Part shown: in pieces, positions 1 through 9,369 of the stretch
How the letters are laid out: each line of letters starts with the position of its first letter
Numbering within the stretch: position 1 is the stretch's first letter
NCBI GenBank assembly: GCA_964495755.1
Contig: CAZBXU010000001.1
Coordinates: forward strand, 14,798-62,993
DNA from: an uncultured Spirochaetaceae bacterium
Lineage (GTDB): Bacteria; Spirochaetota; Spirochaetia; SZUA-6; DRHE01
Reading direction: 5' to 3'
DNA: 48,196 bases
The notes under the pieces: generated by a model
Database searches by the model: none
What the model saw: only the letters and a program-made list of their open reading frames with translations
Told to the model about the DNA's origin: nothing
Made by a program: the position numbers and the translations under genes

Positions 1-56
1 ATCTTCCCTTCATTTTAATCGAAGATTGCGTTATTATAGAAGAAGATGGTGCAGGA

Positions 57-566
57 ATGAAATGTGAAATATGCGGTGCTCGCAAAGCGGTAATCCACAT
101 CCAACAGGTCATCGGAAAAGAACGGGTGGATCTGCATCTATGTGAAGAGTGCGCCTTGGAGAGAGGGATCAGCGGTGGAACCGGTGACGGTGATCACCTA
201 GAGCTGTCCATTTCTAACATGCTCAACGGCCTGGTGGACATCCGCAATGTGAAAGAAAAGAAGAACGCGGTGTGCCCTCAATGCGGTTTGAATTGGGAAT
301 CGATCCGAAAACGCGAGAAGATAGGGTGCGCGGAATGCTACACAACCTTCAGACGGGAAATACATTTTCTTCTGGAAAAGATGGGCGCCCAGCCAAGCCA
401 CAGGGGAAAGCTGCCAAAACGTCTGAACACCTACAAGAAGTTCCTGATAGATGTGGTGAAACTGAAGGAGGGACTTAAAAGTGCCCTCAAACGGGAAGAC
501 TATGAAAAGGCTGCTCGTATTCGCGACCGTATCCAGGAATTGGAAAAGTCTCCGGAGGATGGCTGA
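57..566 (+). CDS. mcsA: McsA-like protein-arginine kinase activator (zinc-finger plus UVR-domain protein)
   Basis: 169 aa. Paired CxxC motifs (CEIC..CEEC; CPQC..CAEC) followed by a C-terminal UVR-type helix (EDYEKAARIRDRIQELE). The stop overlaps the mcsB start (TGATG). Gene order is mcsA-mcsB-clpC. Confidence 0.8.
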   Translation: MKCEICGARKAVIHIQQVIGKERVDLHLCEECALERGISGGTGDGDHLELSISNMLNGLVDIRNVKEKKNAVCPQCGLNWESIRKREKIGCAECYTTFRREIHFLLEKMGAQPSHRGKLPKRLNTYKKFLIDVVKLKEGLKSALKREDYEKAARIRDRIQELEKSPEDG

Positions 567-1621
567 TGCGTATTGACGAGGGTTGGTTTACAGCTCCCGG
601 CGCCGAAGATGACGTGGCGGTTTCCAGTCGGGTCCGCCTGGCCCGAAATCTGCTCGGTTTTCCCTTTCCCCCGGTCATGAGCAAGGAAGAGGAGGAACAG
701 GTCCAGCAGGAGGTCACCGAAGCCTTCGAAAAATTCGGAGGTTCCTTTGAAGCGATTTACCTGGACCGTCTCCCCCCTCTTGAACGTAAGATCCTTATGG
801 AGCAGAATATTATTTCCCAGGATTTCTGCGTCTCGCCGAACAAGCTGGTTCTCCTGGGCGGCGACGGCGCAATCAGTGCTATGGTCAACGAGGACGATCA
901 CCTTCGGTTGGCCTGTATGCGCACGGGCCTCTGCCTGCAGGAGATCTTTGCCGCCGTAGATGAACTGGACAGCCGGCTGGAGGATAAACTGCACTTTGCC
1001 GCGTCGATTGAATGGGGGTATCTCACCTCACGGCTGGACAACGCCGGTACGGGGTTGAGGGCTTCGGTTATGCTGCATATGCCCGCCCTGGTAACCGATG
1101 GTACGATCGGTTGGGCTTTGAAGCGGATCAACCAGATGGGACTGCAAATCAAGGGCTATTGGGGAGATGGAGATCACTCGCTGGGCGACATGTACCAGAT
1201 TTCCAATCCCCTGTGTATCGGCTACCGGGAGAAGGAGATTCTCGCTTCAGTGGGGGAGGCAGCCCGGGAGCTGGTGGAGTACGAACGAAAGGCCCGGGAG
1301 GAGGTAGCCAAGAGCCGTCGAATCGAGTAGGAAGACCGAGTTCACAGAGCCTTCGGTGTGTTGAAGGCCTGCCGCTTGGTATCTTCTAAAGAGGCGATCA
1401 CCCTGCTGTCCACGGTCCGCCTGGGAATCGGCCTGGGAATGATCAGCGAGCCTGGGATTGAGGTGGTTACCTCCCTCATGATTCGGGCTCAGAAGGCTCA
1501 TATCCAAAAAATGCTCGACCAAATGGATGACGATGCAGATAATAAATTAGTAGATTATACCCGGGCAAAACTGATACGGCATGCCCTGGAAGGGCATGTC
1601 CGGGAGGATAACAATGTTTAA
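566..1621 (+). pseudogene. mcsB: Protein arginine kinase McsB (ATP:guanido phosphotransferase family) interrupted by one in-frame TAG at 1328-1330
   Basis: ORFs 566..1330 and 1358..1621 are in the same frame. The joined product (about 352 aa) runs ..RRIE*EDRVHRAFGVLKACRLVSSKEAITLLSTVRLGIGLG.., matching the conserved McsB C-terminal region (..LEDRVYRSYGVL..RLG..G). The N-terminal part has phosphagen-kinase-like motifs (NEEDHLR, GTGLRASV). The second ORF has only a TTG start and no SD. The gene end overlaps the clpC start. Confidence 0.8.
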
Positions 1622-4157
1622 GGGCCTAACCCAACGCGCTCAAAAGATATTGACTGTATTGGCCCAGGAAGAGGCAAAGCGATTTCACTCCGACCAGCTT
1701 CTCCCTGAGCATATTATAATTGCATTGCTTAAAGACGGAGAGGGAGTAGCGGTAAAGGCGCTGCAGAAGGCCAAGGTCGATCTTGGAGAGATGCAGTTGG
1801 AGATCGAGCGTTCCCTTCCTCTGGGAAAGGGAGGGTTGATTCTGGGTGACGTCCCGCCATCGAAGCGGGGGAAAAAGATCCTGGAGGATTCCGCTGCGGA
1901 GGCGAGAAACATGGGCCACGAGTATATCGGGACCGAGCATCTGCTTCTCGCGGCCAGCCAGGAGGCGGACAGCCCAACCATGCGTTACTTGAACCGCAAC
2001 AAAGTCACATCGGCCACGTTGAGAGAGTTGATTATCCAAATCAACGGTCTCGGCGACCTGAATCAGCAGGTACAGCACAAGAAGAAGACCCAGTCCATCG
2101 CCAGAAAAGCTACCCCCACACTTGATGAGTTCAGCCGCGACCTGACCAAACTGGCCCGGGAAGACAAACTTGATCCGGTTATCGGTCGGCTGCGGGAGAT
2201 CCAGAGAGTCGTTCAGATCCTGGCCCGGCGCACGAAGAACAATCCGGTTCTGATCGGGGAACCCGGAGTGGGCAAAACGGCGATCGTTGAAGGACTCGCT
2301 CAGCTGATCGTTACCGGCGAGGTCCCCGATGTTCTGGCCGGACGGCGGGTACTCACGCTGGACTTGGCTTCACTGGTTGCCGGAACCAAGTACCGTGGTG
2401 AGTTTGAAGAGCGATTGAAGCGGGTCATGAAGGAGATCGTGGTCGCGAACAACGTCATTCTTTTCATCGACGAGCTGCACACCCTCATCGGTGCCGGCGG
2501 CGCGGAAGGCGCCATTGATGCCTCGAATATGCTTAAGCCCTCTCTGTCCAGAGGTGAGCTCCAGTGTATCGGAGCAACGACCCTCAACGAGTACAGGAAA
2601 TACGTGGAGAAGGATGCCGCTCTGGAGCGAAGGTTCCAACCGATTTATGTAGAAGAACCGAATCTGGAGGAGACGATCGAGATACTGAAGGGCTTGAAAG
2701 AGCATTACGGGAAATTTCACCACGTGACCTACACATACGAAGCGCTGGAGGCTTCCGCCGCCCTATCTCATCGCTACATTTCCGACCGGTTTCTCCCGGA
2801 CAAAGCGATCGACCTGATTGATGAGGCGGGCAGCCGTAGGAAGATAGACACCAGCGTGCGGCCCAAGGAGCTATCTGATATCGAGAACAGGATCGAGAAG
2901 TTGAGCGCAGAGAAGAGCAATCTCGTCGTTCAGCAGGACTATGAGCGGGCGGCGGCACTTCGGGATCGGGTGAAAAATCTGCGTGGACGCATGGATGTGA
3001 TCAAACAGGACTGGGAAGCGAATCTCCGGGTGGAGGAGAATCTGATCGATGTAGAGGACATCCAGACCGTAGTCTCCGAGATAACCGGAATTCCCCTGAA
3101 CCGGATCGCTCAAAGTGAATCCGAAAAGCTGCTGAAGATCGAAGAGGAACTGCACAAGCGAGTGATCGGCCAGGATGCGGCAATCAGCTCGATCGCCGCG
3201 GCGATCCGACGTTCCCGCACGGGTTTGAGCTCGCCAAAACGGCCCTTGGGGTCCTTTATCTTTCTCGGTCCAACCGGTGTAGGGAAGACACTGCTGGCCA
3301 AGACCTTGGCGGCCTTTCTCTTCGGAAATGAAGATGCCCTGGTTCGCATCGACATGTCTGATTTTATGGAGAAGCACAACGTTTCCCGACTGGTCGGTGC
3401 TCCCCCGGGATACATCGGCTACGAGGAGGGCGGTCTTCTGACCGAGAAGATCCGCAGGCGTCCCTACAGCGTCATTTTGCTCGATGAGATCGAAAAGGCC
3501 CATCCGGACGTGTTCAACCTGCTGCTGCAGGTGCTGGAGGAGGGACAGCTTCAGGACAACCTCGGCCATACCGTCAGCTTCCGCAATACTGTTCTGATCA
3601 TGACCTCCAATGCCGGAGCTCGGGAAATCAGCAAGGATTCATCCCTGGGATTTCGCGTGGAAGAGGGGATGATGCGCTACGAAGAGATCCGCACCAGCGC
3701 TTTGAGTGAGATGAAGCGCCTGTTTAACCCGGAGTTTATCAACAGGGTTGATGAGGCCGTCGTCTTCCACAGCCTGAATCGGGAGCATCTGCGGGACATT
3801 CTCGAGTTGATGGTCAGGGAAGTCCAGGAGCAGCTGAACGAGCAGAATATCACCTTGCAGATAACCACAGCGGCTCGAACCTTCCTGATCGAAGAGGGTT
3901 ATGAAGCAAAGTACGGCGCACGCCCGCTGCGCAGGACCTTGCAGAAGTTGGTCGAAGATCCACTCTCCATAGATATATTGAAAGGACGGTTCAAGCAAGG
4001 CAGTACTATTGTGGTCGATCTGAAGGAGGAGAAGATCGCCTTCCGCGCGAAGAGAGAACGTAAGAGTCCGGACAAAGGGAATCAAAGCAAGCGCGGTAAG
4101 GGCGACTCCCCTGGAAAGGATTCTTCCCAGCTGCCCCAGGAGGTGGCGGTACGCTGA
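1614..4157 (+). CDS. clpC: ATP-dependent Clp protease ATP-binding subunit ClpC (class I AAA+ Clp/Hsp100)
   Basis: N-terminal Clp_N repeats. Two Walker A boxes (GEPGVGKTA, GPTGVGKT). A middle UVR-like motif (DYERAAALRDRV). ATG at 1614 (MFKGLTQRAQ) is preceded by GGGAGGA; the longer track ORF from 1581 lies inside mcsB. Confidence 0.95.
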   Translation: MFKGLTQRAQKILTVLAQEEAKRFHSDQLLPEHIIIALLKDGEGVAVKALQKAKVDLGEMQLEIERSLPLGKGGLILGDVPPSKRGKKILEDSAAEARNMGHEYIGTEHLLLAASQEADSPTMRYLNRNKVTSATLRELIIQINGLGDLNQQVQHKKKTQSIARKATPTLDEFSRDLTKLAREDKLDPVIGRLREIQRVVQILARRTKNNPVLIGEPGVGKTAIVEGLAQLIVTGEVPDVLAGRRVLTLDLASLVAGTKYRGEFEERLKRVMKEIVVANNVILFIDELHTLIGAGGAEGAIDASNMLKPSLSRGELQCIGATTLNEYRKYVEKDAALERRFQPIYVEEPNLEETIEILKGLKEHYGKFHHVTYTYEALEASAALSHRYISDRFLPDKAIDLIDEAGSRRKIDTSVRPKELSDIENRIEKLSAEKSNLVVQQDYERAAALRDRVKNLRGRMDVIKQDWEANLRVEENLIDVEDIQTVVSEITGIPLNRIAQSESEKLLKIEEELHKRVIGQDAAISSIAAAIRRSRTGLSSPKRPLGSFIFLGPTGVGKTLLAKTLAAFLFGNEDALVRIDMSDFMEKHNVSRLVGAPPGYIGYEEGGLLTEKIRRRPYSVILLDEIEKAHPDVFNLLLQVLEEGQLQDNLGHTVSFRNTVLIMTSNAGAREISKDSSLGFRVEEGMMRYEEIRTSALSEMKRLFNPEFINRVDEAVVFHSLNREHLRDILELMVREVQEQLNEQNITLQITTAARTFLIEEGYEAKYGARPLRRTLQKLVEDPLSIDILKGRFKQGSTIVVDLKEEKIAFRAKRERKSPDKGNQSKRGKGDSPGKDSSQLPQEVAVR

Positions 4158-4179
4158 CCCGTTACCGGGGGAGAGAGGT

Positions 4180-7089
4180 TTGCATATCAAGACAAACCTA
4201 TTTTTTCTTGTCTTCCTGATTCTCTGGGCTGCTCCTGCAACCGGCTACGCCCAGGGTGTCGAGAACCTGTTCGAGGCTGGGAAGAAAGCCTTCCAGGACG
4301 GCTTATACGTGATGGCCGGGCGGAACTTCAGGCAGCTGGTCGATCAGTATCCGGACAGTCCTCTGGCCGACGATGCGGATTACCTCAGTGGTGTGTCGGA
4401 TTTCTATCTTGGCGAGTTCCGCAGCTGTATAGCCGCTCTGGATAATTATGCCGGAAAGTATCCCCGGTCGGCCAACAATCGAAGGGTGTCCTACTGGCTG
4501 GGGAATGCCCACTTCCAACTTCAAGATTACCCCGACGCTCTCTCTAACCTGAAGGCGCAGGTGGAAAAATATCCCAATGAGCAACCCTATTTCGACCATT
4601 CTCTGCTCCTGAAGGGGATGGTCGAGGAAAACCTACCGAACTGGGCGGCTGCCCGGAGCAGCTACGGCCGGCTTCTGGAAAGAGAGTCGGCGAAGTATCT
4701 CTGGCCGGAAGCTCTGTACCGAGTCGGCGGCATAGCTTTGCGCTTTTCCGATTATTCGGAAGCTCTCACCGCTTTTACGCGGATTCTGATCGAATTTCCG
4801 AACTCCCAGTATGCCGGCGAGGCTGGGTTTTTCATTGGGGAGGGCAATTTTTTTCTAGGCCGCTACGCAGAGGCTGAGCGAAGCTATCGGAGTGTTCTTG
4901 CCGCTGAACCGCCGCCTGAGCAGCAGGAGACCGGTCTGTACCGTTTGGCGATCATTCTTGCCGAACAGGGACGCAACTCCCAGGCTCTGGAGTTCTGCGA
5001 TGAGTTGGAACTCCGTTTTCCCCGCGGTCAATACATAGATCTCCTCATCCGGTTGAAGGCGGATATGCTGTTCGACCTCGGGCGTTATGACCGGGCCTTC
5101 GCAGCCTACTCGGAGGCTCTGGCCGCGGCTGCCGGGACGGAGGAACGGCAGGTTATCTACTACAACATGGGACTGTCCGCATTCCTGAACGGCAATATTC
5201 GAAGATCCATCGAACCTCTCGAGAAAGCTCTGCAGGGGCGGGGTGAGATTTCCGAGCAGAGCCTGTTCCGTTTGGCAGCTGCGCTGACCGAGCTGGGGTC
5301 AAAGGAGCAGGCGGTTGCCCGTTATGAAGAGTTTCGGAGGCGCTTCCCGGCTTCTCAGGCGCGGGAGGAAGCCACCAGAATGCTTGCCTCCCTCTACCAG
5401 GACGGTGGAGACCTGGAACAGGCGGAAGGGATGTACACCGAGCTGATTACCCGTTATCCCGACTCTCCCTATCAGGACGAGTACCTTTTCAAGCGGGGCA
5501 GTTCTCATCTTCAAAGGGACGCACCGGCTGCCGCCCTCAGCGACTTCTTCTCCTTGACGCAGACGTGGCCGAGCTCTCCTTATATTGCCGAAAGCCGGTA
5601 CAACATCGGCTACATCTATTCCCGGAGGGGAGAATACAAACGGGCTTTGCCATTTTTCGAGCAAGCCCTGAAGGCTAACCCATCGCCCGAGCAGGCCGGA
5701 CGTTCGATCCTCGCCGCGGGGGTGTGCGCCTTCAATGCCGGTGAGTATTCCCAGGCTATCCAGTGGTTTGGCAAGAATACCGCCTCCGAAGCTGCCTGGG
5801 CAGGGGAGAGTTGGTTCTACCTGGGCAGAACTCATTACAAGCTGGAACAGCTGGAAGAGGCTGCGGGCAGCTTCGCTCGGGCGGCGGAACTTCTCGGGGG
5901 TACATCCCAGGGCGAGGAGGCGCTCTTTTGGAAGGGACTCTGTCAATTCAGGCTCGATCGGCTCATCCCTGCCAAAGAAACCTTCCTCGAGCTGACCGCC
6001 TTGTATCCGGGGGGGCAGCGAGTCGCAGAGAGCTACTACCGCGCCGGGATCTGCGCATCCCAGTTGGACAGCTATCCGGAAGGTATCGATTACTACGACA
6101 AAGCGCTTCAAACGGTGGGATCCCAGAGTGCGGAGTACCGGGACAAACTGAATCAGGAAATCCTATACCAAAAGGGTTTCGCACTTATTCAGTCGGGAGA
6201 GCGGGATCGAGCGGTTGCGACTTACGAAACCTTGAGCCGGGAATACCCGAACAGCACTCTGGCCTCGGAAGCCTTCTTCAAAATAGCCGAAGAAGATTTT
6301 CGTGTCGGCAACTACGGAGGCGCCGAACGGGGGTTCTTGCTGGTGAGGAAGAGATTCCCGGCAAGTCCCGCCGCCCGATCAGCCCTGTATTGGGCGGGGG
6401 TGAGCGCCTCCCGGGAGGGGATGAGGGCGAGCGCTTTGGAATACCTGATCGGCTTCCTCGAAGAGAATCCGGGCGGCGACGAGTCAGCAGCCGGGGGTCT
6501 GATCGATGTGGCGATTCACGAGATCCGTACGGTACTGTCAGGCATCAGCAGTGCCGGGGCATCCGGCCAGTTCGAAGATTTTTACAGGCGGGTCGATCGC
6601 AGCCCTTCCCTCAGGGAAGGTTTCAAGAATCTGGTGCGCTTCGAATACGCCCGTTTTATTTTCCCCGGCAGGCCCGAAGAGTCGATGGCCATCCTCCAGA
6701 CCTTGAGAACCTCAAGTCTTGCGGAGCCGCTGCGTAGCGAGGTGAACTATCTGATCGGGGAATACTATAGAATCAATGGCGATCTGGACCGGGCTTATGA
6801 TATCTTTACCGGGATTATCGCCGCCAGTTCGGAACAACCCGGCGCCGCATCACAGCTCGCTATTGCTCGAGTGCTCGAGGACCGGGGACAAAAGCAGGAA
6901 GCGGCGGAGGAGTACCTGAAGGTGCATTTTCTCTACCCAGACCAGCAGGATCTCGCCGCCGAGGGTTTGTACGGCGCAGGCAGACTGTACTGGGATCTAG
7001 ACTTAAGAGACAGAGCGGAGCAGCTTTTCGAGACACTGGCGGCGGAATACCCGGACAGTCCCTGGCTCGAGAAGCTTCCGGAGCGATAG
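4180..7089 (+). CDS. Secreted tetratricopeptide-repeat (TPR) protein, function unknown
   Basis: 969 aa. TTG start after GGGGGAGAGAGG. N-terminal signal peptide (LFFLVFLILWAAPATGYA-QG). Many repeats of the YbgF/TPR type (..YPDSP.., ..A.Y..G......Y..A...F..). Confidence 0.8.
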   Translation: MHIKTNLFFLVFLILWAAPATGYAQGVENLFEAGKKAFQDGLYVMAGRNFRQLVDQYPDSPLADDADYLSGVSDFYLGEFRSCIAALDNYAGKYPRSANNRRVSYWLGNAHFQLQDYPDALSNLKAQVEKYPNEQPYFDHSLLLKGMVEENLPNWAAARSSYGRLLERESAKYLWPEALYRVGGIALRFSDYSEALTAFTRILIEFPNSQYAGEAGFFIGEGNFFLGRYAEAERSYRSVLAAEPPPEQQETGLYRLAIILAEQGRNSQALEFCDELELRFPRGQYIDLLIRLKADMLFDLGRYDRAFAAYSEALAAAAGTEERQVIYYNMGLSAFLNGNIRRSIEPLEKALQGRGEISEQSLFRLAAALTELGSKEQAVARYEEFRRRFPASQAREEATRMLASLYQDGGDLEQAEGMYTELITRYPDSPYQDEYLFKRGSSHLQRDAPAAALSDFFSLTQTWPSSPYIAESRYNIGYIYSRRGEYKRALPFFEQALKANPSPEQAGRSILAAGVCAFNAGEYSQAIQWFGKNTASEAAWAGESWFYLGRTHYKLEQLEEAAGSFARAAELLGGTSQGEEALFWKGLCQFRLDRLIPAKETFLELTALYPGGQRVAESYYRAGICASQLDSYPEGIDYYDKALQTVGSQSAEYRDKLNQEILYQKGFALIQSGERDRAVATYETLSREYPNSTLASEAFFKIAEEDFRVGNYGGAERGFLLVRKRFPASPAARSALYWAGVSASREGMRASALEYLIGFLEENPGGDESAAGGLIDVAIHEIRTVLSGISSAGASGQFEDFYRRVDRSPSLREGFKNLVRFEYARFIFPGRPEESMAILQTLRTSSLAEPLRSEVNYLIGEYYRINGDLDRAYDIFTGIIAASSEQPGAASQLAIARVLEDRGQKQEAAEEYLKVHFLYPDQQDLAAEGLYGAGRLYWDLDLRDRAEQLFETLAAEYPDSPWLEKLPER

Positions 7090-7111
7090 GGACAAGAGGC
7101 TTTCTGAAGTC

Positions 7112-8695
7112 ATGGATAAATTTGTCGAGTTTATGGACACGACTCTTCGGGACGGGAACAAGCTTCCCTTCGTGGTTCTGGACAGGCACGATCGTTTGGT
7201 AATAGCCCGGCAGCTGGCCACCCTGGGGGTTGATATTATCGACGCGGGTTATCCCGCCGCCTCGAGGGAGGAAAAAGAGAGTGTAGAGGCCATTGTCGAC
7301 GAGGTCCGGGGGCCTCGAATCTCCGCGCTCTCCCGAGCGGTGCCAGAGGATGTACGCGAAGTCTGTGAACTGCTGTCCAGAAGCGACAAGCCCTTGCTGC
7401 ATGTTTTTCTTCCCGCCTCCCCCCATTTCCTCAAGGCAGTGCTCAAGCTGAAAACCGATCAGGTTTTGGATCTCATAGGCCGTTGCCTGGAGGCGGGTTC
7501 GGAGCTGCCGGTTCAGTTCTCTTTAGGAGAGATCGCCGAGGCGGAGCCGGGATTTCTTGTTGAGGCAGCCGTAAGTATCGTCGAGGGGGGAGCGGAGGTC
7601 CTCAATTTAGCCGATACCAACGGCATTATGCATCCGGGTGCCGCTGCCGACCTGGTGCGCAGGATTGTCGGGAGCGTAGCGCGCGTAGCGCGTCCCGGGG
7701 GGGCGCCGGGTGTGCGGATCGGCGTTCACTTTCACAATGACCTTGGTCTGGCTACGGCCAACTCTCTGGCCTGCCTGGAAGCGGGAGCGCGCCACGTCGA
7801 GTGCACGATAGGGGGCATCGGGGATCGAGGCGGTACCACGGCGCTGGAGGAGGTTGTGTTCGGTCTGGAAGCCTTCCGCGAGCGGTTGAATCTAACCCAT
7901 CGTATACAGCTGGATCAACTCTGGCGCACGTCAACCCTTCTCTCCAGGTTGACCGGCATTCCTCCCCATCCGAACAAGCCGGTCCTGGGAAAATGTGCGT
8001 TCCGGGAAACCAGGCCCGGGGGAAGCACGGATGTCAGAGACGCACTACCCGGGCATCTTCGGGAGCTGCTGCGGGAGAGGACGATCGGTCGATCCGAGGA
8101 TGCCCTTTTCGGCGATCAGGAGATGAGTCGTGCCGGATTCAGGCAGCAGCTGAAAAACTTCAGGGTCGACGTGGAAGGGGTGGACTTGGACAAGGCCTAC
8201 GGGCTGTATCAATCTCAAGTGCGTCGAAAAAAGACGGTTTCCTTGAGCGAAGTTCAGTCGATTGTAGCGCAGGCCCGATTAGAGGAGACTCAGAGGGTAT
8301 ACACCCTTGCTTCTTTCAACGTGATGACAGGCAGCCAAACGCTTCCCGTCGGCAGTGTGGAGCTGAACAGGGAAGATACGGTACTTGTGCAGTCCGCCAC
8401 GGGCACCGGACCGGTGGACGCCCTGTGCCGCGCCGTTGACAAGGCGGTCGGGGTAAATCCGCGGCTGATCCTCTACTCTGTGGATCACCTCACCGAGGGG
8501 AAGGATGCCCGGGCGGAGGTGACCGTCAGTCTGGCCTACCTGGGGAGGCGTTTCCACGGCCGCTCCGGATCCACAGACGTGGTGGAAGCCAGCCTGAGGG
8601 CGTATCTGGACGCAGTAAACAGCATCGAGACTCACCGCCGTTCCTATCCGGAAGAGGAGTTTTATATAAACGGCGAAGAGCTCTGGTGGGAATAA
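7112..8695 (+). CDS. 2-isopropylmalate/citramalate/homocitrate synthase family protein (DRE-TIM metallolyase with a LeuA-type C-terminal domain)
   Basis: 527 aa. N-terminal DTTLRDG motif (here DTTLRDGNK). HxH metal motif in VHFHNDLGLATAN. GGIGDRGGTTALEEV. C-terminal LeuA-dimer-like region. No other leu/ilv genes are nearby. Confidence 0.8.
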   Translation: MDKFVEFMDTTLRDGNKLPFVVLDRHDRLVIARQLATLGVDIIDAGYPAASREEKESVEAIVDEVRGPRISALSRAVPEDVREVCELLSRSDKPLLHVFLPASPHFLKAVLKLKTDQVLDLIGRCLEAGSELPVQFSLGEIAEAEPGFLVEAAVSIVEGGAEVLNLADTNGIMHPGAAADLVRRIVGSVARVARPGGAPGVRIGVHFHNDLGLATANSLACLEAGARHVECTIGGIGDRGGTTALEEVVFGLEAFRERLNLTHRIQLDQLWRTSTLLSRLTGIPPHPNKPVLGKCAFRETRPGGSTDVRDALPGHLRELLRERTIGRSEDALFGDQEMSRAGFRQQLKNFRVDVEGVDLDKAYGLYQSQVRRKKTVSLSEVQSIVAQARLEETQRVYTLASFNVMTGSQTLPVGSVELNREDTVLVQSATGTGPVDALCRAVDKAVGVNPRLILYSVDHLTEGKDARAEVTVSLAYLGRRFHGRSGSTDVVEASLRAYLDAVNSIETHRRSYPEEEFYINGEELWWE

Positions 8696-8699
8696 AAAC

Positions 8700-9263
8700 T
8701 CATGCGTTGACCCGCTCTACATACTCTCGAGTCTCTGAGTTCAGCAGGATCTTATCTCCCTGTTTGATGAACAGCGGTACCTTCACGACCAATCCCGTTT
8801 CCAGCGTGACCTGTTTGGTCGCCCCGGACACGGTATCTCCCTTCAGACCCTCTCCCGCTTCCGTCACGGTTAAGGCGACTTTGTAGGGAAGTAGGATATC
8901 GATTGGTTTTTCATCCCAAAAGGAGAGCTGAACCGTATCTCCCTCCAGAATGAAGAACTTCTTGTCTTCGTGGCCCTCTATGGCAACGGTGAACTGCTCG
9001 TAGGTTCCCAAGTCCATGAAGTGATAGTGTTCACCATCGGCGTAGAGGTACTGAGCGTCTTTCGTTTCGACGTTGATGTCCTCGAGCGTTTCCTGACTCT
9101 TGTTTACCTGTTTCAGCACCTGTCCGCTGATCAGGCTTTTCAGCTTCAGGCGCACGAAGGCGGAACCCTTTCCCGGGTTGACGAACTCCCGTTCGACCAC
9201 CACGTAGGGTTCATTCTTAACGCGAAGAAAATTTCCTTTTGAAATGGCGCCTGCGCGTATCAT
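8700..9263 (-). CDS. efp: Translation elongation factor P
   Basis: 187 aa. It aligns by eye over its full length with EF-P, including the modified-lysine loop NPGKGSAFVR. Confidence 0.95.
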   Translation of the reverse strand: MIRAGAISKGNFLRVKNEPYVVVEREFVNPGKGSAFVRLKLKSLISGQVLKQVNKSQETLEDINVETKDAQYLYADGEHYHFMDLGTYEQFTVAIEGHEDKKFFILEGDTVQLSFWDEKPIDILLPYKVALTVTEAGEGLKGDTVSGATKQVTLETGLVVKVPLFIKQGDKILLNSETREYVERVNA

Positions 9264-9369
9264 GAGCCCCTATCCTAATCACTTCCCCTGCCTGTTGCAA
9301 TACTCCGATCCTAACCGGGTGAGTATTGGCAAAGTAAGTAAAAAGGCACGAAAAATCCCTCCCAGGTAG

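Noticed and set aside
1358-1621. 87-aa ORF as an independent small gene between mcsB and clpC
   Set aside because: It is in the same frame as the upstream mcsB ORF and has a TTG-only start with no SD. Its sequence is the conserved McsB C-terminal domain, so it is treated as part of the interrupted mcsB.
5299-6737. Long alternative-frame ORFs inside the TPR gene (5299..6111 minus, 270 aa; 5763..6737 plus, 324 aa)
   Set aside because: Their translations are Arg/Gly/Pro/Ser-rich and low in complexity, as is typical of off-frame reading of GC-rich coding DNA. The TPR frame shows regular repeat structure over the whole interval.
7801-8439. 212-aa alternative-frame ORF within the LeuA-like gene, and similar ORFs inside clpC (2871..3569, 3639..4190), recJ (38790..39578) and the his genes
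   Set aside because: They are off-frame or antisense shadows with Arg/Gly/Pro-biased composition. The annotated frames carry the diagnostic family motifs.
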